The notes below the pieces were generated by a model that worked only from the letters and a program-made list of their open reading frames with translations, was not told where the DNA came from and did no database searches. A stretch of 64,000 bases of DNA from an uncultured Clostridia bacterium (GTDB lineage: Bacteria > Bacillota > Clostridia > Christensenellales > UBA1242), in the NCBI GenBank assembly GCA_934778215.1, contig CAKVOE010000002.1:105829-169828 (forward strand), read 5' to 3'. Every line of letters starts with the position of its first letter. The stretch's first letter is position 1. Below are positions 9,163 to 17,209 of the stretch, in pieces. Position numbers and translations under genes: made by a program.

Positions 9163-9798
9163 ATGCAAATAGAACCCATTGTTAGCACCAACGGAATGGA
9201 CCAAAATTCTTACCTTGTATACACAGATAACGCTTTGGTTATAATTGACGCAGGCTGTGACATTTCGGTGCTAAATTCCACCTTAATTCGCTTAAATTTG
9301 GCAAGCCGAAAGATTGATGCGGTAATTTTAACCCACACGCATTTTGACCATATTTTTGGGCTTTATGATATATTTAAAGCATTTTGTCCGCCAATTTATA
9401 TACACAAAGATTGCACCGACTTTTTGTTTGATAAAATTAAAAATGCTAGTTGCTATTTTGACGACTTTAATTTGCCCGAAGTTGTTAGGCAAAATATTGT
9501 TGAAGTCTTTGATAATCAATGCCTTAGTATAAATGATTTAATCTTTAAAATTCTATTTACCCCCGGCCACTCAAAGTGCTCAATGTGCATATTAGTAAAA
9601 AACATTTTGTTTACTGGCGATACAATTTTGCAAGGCTCTGTGGGTAGAACCGACCTATTTGGCGGAAGTTATGCAGAGTTACAAAACTCTTTAAACAGAA
9701 TAAAATCTTTAACCTTTGATACCGCCTACCCCGGCCACGGCAGAGCCCTTTCATATAACTTAGTTATGGGAATTATTAGGTTTAATAAAAAAATCTAA
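9163..9798 (+). CDS. MBL-fold metallo-hydrolase (glyoxalase II-like)
   Basis: LTHTHFDHIFG (HxHxDH motif), TPGHS, and GDT..GSVGRTDL. Start set at MQIEPI with a GGAGA RBS 6 nt upstream. Confidence 0.85.
   Translation: MQIEPIVSTNGMDQNSYLVYTDNALVIIDAGCDISVLNSTLIRLNLASRKIDAVILTHTHFDHIFGLYDIFKAFCPPIYIHKDCTDFLFDKIKNASCYFDDFNLPEVVRQNIVEVFDNQCLSINDLIFKILFTPGHSKCSMCILVKNILFTGDTILQGSVGRTDLFGGSYAELQNSLNRIKSLTFDTAYPGHGRALSYNLVMGIIRFNKKI
9727..9788. repeat. Direct repeat copy 1 (the functional 3' end of the MBL gene)
   Basis: The 48-nt stretch 9741-9788 is identical to 12290-12337. Weaker similarity extends about 14 nt further upstream. Confidence 0.95.
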
Positions 9799-9842
9799 CA
9801 CAAACTACTTGCGTTAGATTTTAAATGAAATAATATATCTCC

Positions 9843-10033
9843 ACACTCAATAAAGAACTTTTAATAAAAGTTGTTATTAGTATAAATTATAGGAAGTAAA
9901 TTTTGAAACAAGTTCAAAATTTGTGCTAACGCACTCGCAAAGCAATGCTTTGTACTTCCAATTTGAATAACCATCAGTCTCGCTGGAGAGTAAACTCTCC
10001 GACTCAACTTCCGATAATATAACTATTGAGTGT
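9843..10033. ncRNA. Candidate structured RNA or MITE-like element of unknown class (about 190 nt, multi-hairpin)
   Basis: Outer pair ACACTCAATA (9843-9852) with TATTGAGTGT (10024-10033). Inner helices: AACTTTT/AAAAGTT (9856-9872); GGAAGTA/TACTTCC (9892-9959), which encloses three hairpins (AAATTTTGAA..TTCAAAATTT, GTGC-TAAC-GCAC, CAAAGCA-A-TGCTTTG); and GGAGAG-TAAA-CTCTCC (9985-10000). Strand undetermined. Confidence 0.35.
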
Positions 10034-10119
10034 TTAATTTTTATTAATAGAAAATAGTAATTTTTTATACACTTACTTAGTTTTAGTATGTGTTTGATAT
10101 TTATTTAATATGTTTTTTG

Positions 10120-11850
10120 CTAAATATTTTCTACCATAAACATATTTTTAAAGTCTTGGTTAATTGCAAATAATTCTTCAAAAGTTCCTTCGCCTTTTAT
10201 GTTGCCATTTTCTAAAAAATAAATCTTGTCAGCATTTTTAATTGTTGACAAACGATGTGCAACAATTATTACTGTGCTGTTTTTTGAAAGAGCGTCTATG
10301 CTCTTTTTTATTTCTGCTTGTGCGAAGTTATCTAATGACGAAGTACTCTCATCAAATAAAATAACTTTTGTTTTTCTTAAAAGTGAACGAGCTATTGCTA
10401 ACCTTTGTTTTTGTCCGCCAGATAGTTTTATTCCACTCTCGCCAACCTTTGTATCTAGCCCTTTTGGAAGCGAAGATATAAACTCCCATATACTTGCATC
10501 TTTACACGCTTTTATTAATTCTTCTTCCGTTGCATCTTTTTTAACCATTAAAAGATTTTTGCGGATAGAATTGTCAAAAATATATGGAAACTGATTTACC
10601 ATACTTATATTTTCACGCAAGTACTTTTTGCTTAAATCTTTGACATTTATATCATCTAAAAGCACTTCTCCATCTTTGCAATCGGTAAGTTTACTTATTA
10701 AATTTAATATTGTAGTTTTACCCGAACCACTCTTTCCTACAAAGGCTACCGTAGTATTTGGTTTGATTGTAAAATTTAAGTTTTTTAACACATACGTTTC
10801 TTCTTTGTCGCCTTCATCTTGATATGCAAAATCAACATTTTTAAACTCAATTTTTCCTTCACAACTATTTGGAATTATTTCGCCAAATCGCTCGGTTGGA
10901 TATTTTTCATCATCTAAAATTTCAAACATACGCTTTATGCTCAATTTTGCCTCGCTAAAATTGTTTGCTATATTGCCAACTATCCACACAACCTCAGAAA
11001 TAGAACTTCTGTTCATTAAAACATACAAGAAACTTGTTAAAGCAAGTTTTCCATCTTTTAATAAAAATATTGACACCAAGGATACCACACCAAGCATAAT
11101 TACTATTATAAATTGTCTAAAATTCCAAAAGAACACATCAATTGCGTCACGCTTTTTTGAAATCGCCCTGTATCCATCGCAACATTTTTCTGTTTCTTTC
11201 GTTAAATTAGCATCTAAATTTAATGATTTTATATCTCTTTCAGATCTAACAATTTCATTAACCAAGCCAAGCATTTTGTCTTTTTCTTCTTTTTTCTTTT
11301 TGGTGTTTTTTACTTTGATTTTAATCTTAATATTTTCTAAGATAAACAACACCGTCAAAAATGCGACCAAAATTAAACCAATATATACATTTAAAAATAA
11401 AATATATACCGTTGTAATTGTAAATGACATAAGTTTAGCAAAGTCATCTAAAACACCATCTAACATATCTAGTGCATTTTCGGGATCATAGCACACACGG
11501 TTGATAAAATCGCCCGACTTAACATTGCTAAAAGTTTGAGTTTTTATTTTAAAAAATTGCTTCGTTAAATCTAATTGAATATCATAAGACAAGTCACTTC
11601 TAATAGTTACAAATATGCGACAAGACCAAAAATATAATATCCTACCTATTAAGGTAACCGCAACAACCAACGCACCAGCAATTATCGCATTTCTGTAATT
11701 GCCTGCACTAATTTCTGCAATAAAATCTGCAAGTTTAATTGTAGCAAAAATATTTCCCGCATTAAAAAGTAAAACTGTTAAAATGTATATTGCTATCTTT
11801 AACTTATATTTTTTTAAATATGTAAATAATCCAGTCTTATTCTTTTTCAT
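10120..11850 (-). CDS. ABC transporter, fused permease/ATP-binding protein (type I exporter, MsbA/MdlB-like); no peptidase domain
   Basis: Six-TM N-terminal half. Walker A GKSGSGKTT, signature LSGGQKQRLAIAR, Walker B ILFDESTSSLD. Start moved to MKKNKTGLF (RBS GAGAGGA). Confidence 0.9.
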   Translation of the reverse strand: MKKNKTGLFTYLKKYKLKIAIYILTVLLFNAGNIFATIKLADFIAEISAGNYRNAIIAGALVVAVTLIGRILYFWSCRIFVTIRSDLSYDIQLDLTKQFFKIKTQTFSNVKSGDFINRVCYDPENALDMLDGVLDDFAKLMSFTITTVYILFLNVYIGLILVAFLTVLFILENIKIKIKVKNTKKKKEEKDKMLGLVNEIVRSERDIKSLNLDANLTKETEKCCDGYRAISKKRDAIDVFFWNFRQFIIVIMLGVVSLVSIFLLKDGKLALTSFLYVLMNRSSISEVVWIVGNIANNFSEAKLSIKRMFEILDDEKYPTERFGEIIPNSCEGKIEFKNVDFAYQDEGDKEETYVLKNLNFTIKPNTTVAFVGKSGSGKTTILNLISKLTDCKDGEVLLDDINVKDLSKKYLRENISMVNQFPYIFDNSIRKNLLMVKKDATEEELIKACKDASIWEFISSLPKGLDTKVGESGIKLSGGQKQRLAIARSLLRKTKVILFDESTSSLDNFAQAEIKKSIDALSKNSTVIIVAHRLSTIKNADKIYFLENGNIKGEGTFEELFAINQDFKNMFMVENI

Positions 11851-12010
11851 AATTAATTTCCTCTCTTTTACGTAAAAGTTTGTTAGCATTAAATAAGATA
11901 TTGTTTTAATTATTAATTGCAATTTTTGTACAAAATTTTTAGATAAAAAATCTTGCTAAAAGCATTTGTATACAATTTTTCGTTAAAACACTCTACTTAT
12001 CTTTTCGTAA

Positions 12011-12041
12011 AAAAAATCACACCCAACTTTTGCGGTGTGAC
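12011..12041 (-). terminator. Rho-independent terminator between the 23-codon ORF and the ABC exporter
   Basis: Minus strand: TCACACC-gcaaaagttg-GGTGTGA followed by TTTTTTTT. It starts about 20 nt after the small-ORF stop. Confidence 0.7.
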
Positions 12042-12063
12042 TTTGAGTTTCAAAAATTAATTA

Positions 12064-12135
12064 CTAAAAAAACAACTCACCAAAAGAGATACCACAAAAA
12101 TTAACATAATTTAATTTACTAACACTATTGTTCAT
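12064..12135 (-). CDS. Unannotated 23-aa ORF, MNNSVSKLNYVNFCGISFGELFF (candidate exported peptide or regulatory leader peptide)
   Basis: Below the ORF-track size cut-off and translated by hand. Perfect SD AAGGAGG 8 nt upstream of the ATG, own promoter upstream, terminator downstream. Confidence 0.55.
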   Translation of the reverse strand: MNNSVSKLNYVNFCGISFGELFF

Positions 12136-12167
12136 TTTTTATACCTCCTTTTTAAATTTCTACTATT

Positions 12168-12196
12168 ACTCTAACACGCATCGGCGTGTTTGTCAA
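12168..12196 (-). promoter_or_regulatory. Promoter of the 23-codon ORF with a palindromic operator in the spacer
   Basis: Minus strand: TTGACA (12196..12191), 17-nt spacer, TAGAGT (12173..12168). The spacer contains the palindrome AACACGC-cgat-GCGTGTT (12173-12190). Confidence 0.55.
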
Positions 12197-12274
12197 CCCC
12201 AAAACTACAAAAAGCAAAATTATTTTAACTTTTCTTTTTCGCTCTCTGTGAAGTGACTGAGTTTAGACAGTTTT

Positions 12275-12337
12275 TACCACCGGTCACAGCAGAGCCCTTT
12301 CATATAACTTAGTTATGGGAATTATTAGGTTTAATAA
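12275..12337. repeat. Direct repeat copy 2 (orphan relic of an MBL-gene 3' end)
   Basis: 12290-12337 is identical to 9741-9788. In frame it reads ..TGHSRALSYNLVMGIIRFNN*, compared with ..PGHGRALSYNLVMGIIRFNKKI* in the intact gene. No ORF lies upstream of it. Confidence 0.9.
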
Positions 12338-12450
12338 TTAAACAATTCTAAAATTTGTAAATTATTGCCCTTCCATTATTGGTTTAATTTTAAATAAATT
12401 CATTATGCAAAAATATAAAACTTTACACCCCGATAGGAACAAGATTGCTC

Positions 12451-12479
12451 TTGACAAACTTATTTATGCGTGCTAAAAT
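12451..12479 (+). promoter_or_regulatory. Sigma-A promoter of the Fic-family gene
   Basis: TTGACA (12451-12456), 17 nt, TAAAAT (12474-12479). Confidence 0.6.
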
Positions 12480-12523
12480 AAACTAATTAAACAATAGAAT
12501 ATATAGTTTTTTAAGGGATTTTT

Positions 12524-13510
12524 ATGAGAAAGAATAAGTTTAATATAAGCGAAAAAGCGTTTAGAATAATTGAAGACAGCGTATTATTAGAAGGATTTAA
12601 TTATGACGCAAGCACAGTATTTCCTTCTGGAAAAGACTATTTTAAAACCATAGACAAAGACACCGTGGTTGCATTTTTGGAATGTCCGGATACCGAGGTT
12701 GTAGCCGTAAAAACGGGTTCAAATAACTATGAACTTGTTGCAACAAACCGCCAAGCAAATGAATCTATAAGAATATCAGGGCTTGGCAATCACTTTGTTG
12801 CTCTTGTAAGAGTGGTTTTGCAAGCAAAAAAGCAATTAGCAAACCCAACAGAGCCAAAGATAACCAATAATTTTATCAAATCAATAAATGAACAATTGTT
12901 GTTAAATCGTATGGGCGAGGTTGCCATAGGTTCATACCGCTACAAAGACTTTTGGGGCAGAGATGCCGATGTGTCTATTTGTAGCATCGAAAACGGAAGA
13001 AAGATTCGCCAAAGCACTTTTAACACCGAACCAAGCGCAGATAAAAATGTTTATAAAAAGATGGACGAACTGGTTAACTGGGTTAATAATGACGCCTTTA
13101 AAGACAGCGAATCAATTATGTATGATATTGCCAAATTTCATTCTACCTTTATAAGAATTTACCCATTTCGTGATGGCAACGGCAGAACAGCCCGACTTTT
13201 AACAAACTATTTGTTGTTAATTAATGGCTACCCACTTGTAAACATTCCACCAGCAGGCGTTAAACAATATCACTGTGCAATTAATTACGCCGAAGCAACA
13301 ACCGATAAAGACTTTTGCCGAGATGATTACTATAATAACGCTTATGCCTATTATGCAAAAAGATTTGGCAAGCGAGATGATGTTACCAAATATTGCCCTC
13401 TTGCCGATTTTTTTGAGCGACACCTTTTAGAATCTAGTAACACGCTTATAAATAATATAATAAACTATAAAAACACACAATCACATATAGAATCTACTCA
13501 AATTCAATAA
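12524..13510 (+). CDS. Fic/DOC-family protein with a degenerate active-site motif (Tyr in place of the catalytic His)
   Basis: FHSTFIRIYPFRDGNGRTARLL matches the Fic core HxFx(D/E)GNGRxxR except for the first residue (TAC Tyr at 13160-13162). An SVLLEG (S/TxxxE-G/N-like) stretch lies at residues 19-24. Confidence 0.8.
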   Translation: MRKNKFNISEKAFRIIEDSVLLEGFNYDASTVFPSGKDYFKTIDKDTVVAFLECPDTEVVAVKTGSNNYELVATNRQANESIRISGLGNHFVALVRVVLQAKKQLANPTEPKITNNFIKSINEQLLLNRMGEVAIGSYRYKDFWGRDADVSICSIENGRKIRQSTFNTEPSADKNVYKKMDELVNWVNNDAFKDSESIMYDIAKFHSTFIRIYPFRDGNGRTARLLTNYLLLINGYPLVNIPPAGVKQYHCAINYAEATTDKDFCRDDYYNNAYAYYAKRFGKRDDVTKYCPLADFFERHLLESSNTLINNIINYKNTQSHIESTQIQ

Positions 13511-13563
13511 CACAAAAAGACTAAACAGCAAAAAATGTTGTTTAGTCTTTTTTTATTGCTAAA

Positions 13564-14241
13564 TTACTTTGCGTCATTTTTATGAATTTTTGCATTAACA
13601 AAGTAAAACAGTTTTATTAAATAATGCACCGCCGTTAATAACACCACATAAAATAATGCTACTAACAACACATTATATATCATACGGTCAAACAAATACA
13701 AATATGTTGGCTTAATTACATAATAAATAAATGCCACACCAACCGGCTTCATATCATAAAATTCTAGCGCATAACAAATTATTCCCAAAACGGCTATCCA
13801 AATAGTGTATAATTTTTGACGGTCGAACTTGTATAACTTCATAAGTTGCAACCCCGCCGTTAGCAAAAAGCCATGACACAATATTCCTATAATTATTTCT
13901 TTTATGGTAAACACTTCCGCAAGACTTCCGCCCGCCACTATATAATATACAAAATAACCTAGTCCTGTAATAATTCCCAAAAAGGAAGCAATGTTATATA
14001 CCTTTTCTAAATTAAATATCAGTACAATTGCAATTATAAAATAACTTAGCGTACTAATTTCAAACGGAAACCACGCAACATCTGTTGTTATATTATAATA
14101 AACATAAAAACATATTTTGTATACAAGCAAAAATATACTGATAATTCGAAGCGATATTAAAGTGTATCTAAATTTAAAAAGTAAGTAGTTTAATGCTAAA
14201 AACACCACAAAACCCAGTGTCGCAAGTAGATTATAGTTCAT
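13564..14241 (-). CDS. Polytopic integral membrane protein, function unknown
   Basis: About 7 hydrophobic helices. Start moved to MNYNLLATL (RBS GGGAGA). Confidence 0.5.
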   Translation of the reverse strand: MNYNLLATLGFVVFLALNYLLFKFRYTLISLRIISIFLLVYKICFYVYYNITTDVAWFPFEISTLSYFIIAIVLIFNLEKVYNIASFLGIITGLGYFVYYIVAGGSLAEVFTIKEIIIGILCHGFLLTAGLQLMKLYKFDRQKLYTIWIAVLGIICYALEFYDMKPVGVAFIYYVIKPTYLYLFDRMIYNVLLVALFYVVLLTAVHYLIKLFYFVNAKIHKNDAK

Positions 14242-14506
14242 TTTTTCTCCCGTTAAAATTTTGTCATTCGCATATTTTGTTACAAACATTTTTGTCTATG
14301 ACAAAAATTTTTAATGCTAAATAGTTTAGTTGTTTTTCTATTTAGTACATTATAACACAAAACTAAATTTTGTACACTATTTTTAACAACTTTTAAGCCC
14401 TTTGTTGAAAGTCACCCCAACAACCATTTTGCAACAACCTTCTCCACCGCCTTCGCTTGTAATGATTGTATTTTTACCTAAAAATTCTATAATATAACCC
14501 TGTGTT

Positions 14507-14911
14507 TTAATCAGAATCTTTTAAAGACGCTCTAATATTCTCGGGTTGTTTGAACCAATATCTCAATCCCTTGCCAGCATAAGGCTCGTCAGCATATCTT
14601 GGAATTACATGCATATGAGCGTGAGCGACCTCTTGACCTCCAACCTTTCCAACATTCCAGCCAATATTATATCCGTCTGGTTTATATTTTTCATCTAAAT
14701 ATTTTTTCAATTCTTTAAGAAGAGCCTTTGAGTCCATCCACTCTTTATCTGATAAGTCAAACGGTGTTCCAACCTGCGACTTTGGTATAATTACATATGA
14801 GCCTATAAGGGTATTGTTTTTCAAGTTGTTTGATTTTACAGCAATCATAGTGTCGTTTTCAAAAGTTTTTTCATTGCTTTCCAAATTAAGGTCTATAGGT
14901 TTCTTCTCCAT
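14507..14911 (-). CDS. HIT-family nucleotide hydrolase/transferase
   Basis: Histidine triad QEVAHAHMHVIPR. Start moved to MEKKPIDL (RBS AAGGAAGGA). Confidence 0.8.
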   Translation of the reverse strand: MEKKPIDLNLESNEKTFENDTMIAVKSNNLKNNTLIGSYVIIPKSQVGTPFDLSDKEWMDSKALLKELKKYLDEKYKPDGYNIGWNVGKVGGQEVAHAHMHVIPRYADEPYAGKGLRYWFKQPENIRASLKDSD

Positions 14912-15237
14912 TTTCTTTTCCTTCCTTTTTAAAAATTTTATTAGTTGCTCCATTGTTAATATATTTTTATTACAATATTCTGAATTGAAACAATATATGA
15001 TTGGTTTTGATTTGTAATTCCCGTTTTTCCATTTGTCTACCAATGTTAAATATTCATTTTATTTAACCATACCTAATAAGCCTAATTGTTAACCAAAATT
15101 ACGGAAACAACCACCCCATGCAAGGCAAAGCGACAACATTCTTATCTTTGGTTGCCTTGAATGGCTGAGAAACGCGAAGTATTTAAAATGTTCAATATTT
15201 ATTGCTTTTCCAATCCAATCTAATCTCTCTAGAACAA

Positions 15238-15987
15238 TCATCTTTCTGAGCATTTATCTTTTAAATGTATTTCTTTGCTGTGTAATGGACAATGTTGATT
15301 CTTTTTATTACAATATTTTCTCTTGAAATATATTAAAGATAAATGTGCCCACCAATTAAAAGCATTTTCACTTATATCTAATCCATTTTCTTCTATAAAT
15401 TTCTTTTTATCAATAAACGCAACATCTTTTTCTAGTTCTTTTCTGGCATATTCATGACCAATTCCCGATTTTTGTTTTTTATACCCTAAGCAGGGAAGCA
15501 ATATGTCTTTCATTCCAGAATCAACGGGCATTATTGAATTTGGATATCCTTTATAATACAATAAACAACATTGAGCAACCTTGTAAGAAGCTCCTACCAC
15601 TTCTTTATTAACTAAACTAATAAATTCATCTTCTTCTAAAATATTTAAATCTTTATGCTTATCAATAAAATCATACATTGAATCTATGTACTTCAACCTT
15701 GTTGCAGATAACCCTAAAGTCTTGATAACATCAATTTTTTCATCATCACTAAACTCTTTAAATTTATCAAAGCCTATTGAAATTAAATTATTAATTACCT
15801 TTCTATAACTTTCTATCATTGAATAGGATACTCTGGTTGACAACCCTGCAATAATTAACCTTAATCTTTTATCTTCAACATTGCTTGGCCACCAAAGATT
15901 GTTGCTAAAATTCTTACTAACCTCATTTTGCAACTCTTTATCACTAGCAAGTATCTTTAAAACCTTTTCAATTTGTTCTTTCATCAT
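15238..15987 (-). CDS. HhH-GPD superfamily DNA glycosylase-like protein
   Basis: The helix-hairpin-helix plus Asp pattern VVGASYKVAQCCLLYYKGYPNSIMPVDSGMKDIL resembles LPGVGxKTA...PVDTHV of Nth/AlkA-type enzymes. Cys/His-rich C-terminus. Confidence 0.45.
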   Translation of the reverse strand: MMKEQIEKVLKILASDKELQNEVSKNFSNNLWWPSNVEDKRLRLIIAGLSTRVSYSMIESYRKVINNLISIGFDKFKEFSDDEKIDVIKTLGLSATRLKYIDSMYDFIDKHKDLNILEEDEFISLVNKEVVGASYKVAQCCLLYYKGYPNSIMPVDSGMKDILLPCLGYKKQKSGIGHEYARKELEKDVAFIDKKKFIEENGLDISENAFNWWAHLSLIYFKRKYCNKKNQHCPLHSKEIHLKDKCSER

Positions 15988-16329
15988 TTTTCTCCTAACT
16001 ATATAATTATCTTTGGGAGGTTTTAGTATAGATTTTTCATTTACAATATAGCACATTTATTAAATTTATGTCAAATTTTTACATATTAGTTGTCAAACCT
16101 ATCAATTTTTGAATATAAAGTTTTCTCTCATTAAAAAAAAGAAAAGCTATTTTTGTAATACCTACTAAGGGTCACTATAAAATAGCCTTCCTTTTTATTT
16201 ACTTGTGTGTGTACAACCAAAAGTCTTTTTTTTGATTATTTTTCTTTGATTTTGCGACTGATTTTGATTATCACACACTTTTTATTAAAATTTTGTTTAT
16301 ATCAATTTTAACCCAACAATTACAGTTGT

Positions 16330-17052
16330 TTACTTTAAATTTAATTCTTCTAACACCTTATCATGTTTATGCATAACTTCCTCTGCTTCTTGCTGTCTTC
16401 TTATTTTTTCTTGCTCTTCTTGTTTCTTTTTTTGTTCATTCTTCATTCTGATGTCATGAGCAGTGGATAAAACATACTCAATTGCATCTAAATAATAGCG
16501 TTTAGCAGTTTCAAGTTGTTCTTTACTTTGGGCTAGTTTAATAAATCGACGTGTATCATCCTTCACTTTTTTTATAACGAATGCTAAAAGTTTATTACTC
16601 ACAAAAACTTCGTCTTCTAAACCGTCTACATCAACTTTGTCTTCATAGAATCTTCTTATAGCGACATATTCGCTTAAATTAAAAAGATTACCGTCAACAT
16701 CTCTATATTCACGCGTTCCATTTTCTAGCACAACAAAACCAACACCGTTTGAATATGGCTCAGCGTATCTATACTCTTCGCTTAATTCCCCATTTACATC
16801 TCTATATGCATACTTTCCATTTTTTAACAGAACCCGACCAAGGCCGTCTGAATATGGGTCAGCACATATATACTCTTCGCTTAGATTGCCGTCCATATCT
16901 CTATACGCACACATACCATTATGTAACTCAACTAAGCCAAACCCATAAGAATAATCAGAAGCCTCTCTGAATACCTCGCTTATATTTTCATTTTCATCTT
17001 CATACCAGAAACCTGCACCACACCAACCTCTCAGTTTCCAATTTTTACTCAT
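16330..17052 (-). CDS. WG/KWG-type repeat protein with a C-terminal coiled coil
   Basis: Three or more roughly 38-aa repeats (NG..AYRD.DGNLSEEY..A.PYS.G.G.V.L), also visible as DNA repeats at about 16740-16930. Glu/Lys-rich coiled-coil tail. Confidence 0.5.
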   Translation of the reverse strand: MSKNWKLRGWCGAGFWYEDENENISEVFREASDYSYGFGLVELHNGMCAYRDMDGNLSEEYICADPYSDGLGRVLLKNGKYAYRDVNGELSEEYRYAEPYSNGVGFVVLENGTREYRDVDGNLFNLSEYVAIRRFYEDKVDVDGLEDEVFVSNKLLAFVIKKVKDDTRRFIKLAQSKEQLETAKRYYLDAIEYVLSTAHDIRMKNEQKKKQEEQEKIRRQQEAEEVMHKHDKVLEELNLK

Positions 17053-17209
17053 GTTAATCTCCCTTTATTTTGATTTGCCATATTATAGCATAACACTATT
17101 CATTTGTCAATGCCTACACAGAGTTTACCCCGTATGGCTAATTTTTACAATAAAAAAGAAAGCCTTACTTAACCCGAAAGGCTAAAACCTGACTTTCTTT
17201 TTATTTACT

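Noticed and set aside
12064-12135. Searched for an antiterminator that would prove leader-peptide attenuation of the ABC exporter.
   Set aside because: Only a weak GAGTT/AACTC pairing was found, and it does not compete with the terminator stem. Attenuation is kept only as an alternative hypothesis, not called as a feature.
14400-14470. A GC-richer spacer segment reading, on the minus strand, ..SEGGGEGCCKMVVGVTFNKGLKSC*, considered as a Cys-rich RiPP-like peptide.
   Set aside because: There is no start codon with an RBS for the Cys-rich part and no maturase or radical-SAM gene nearby. The only ATG-initiated frame is 14 aa. It is probably a gene relic.
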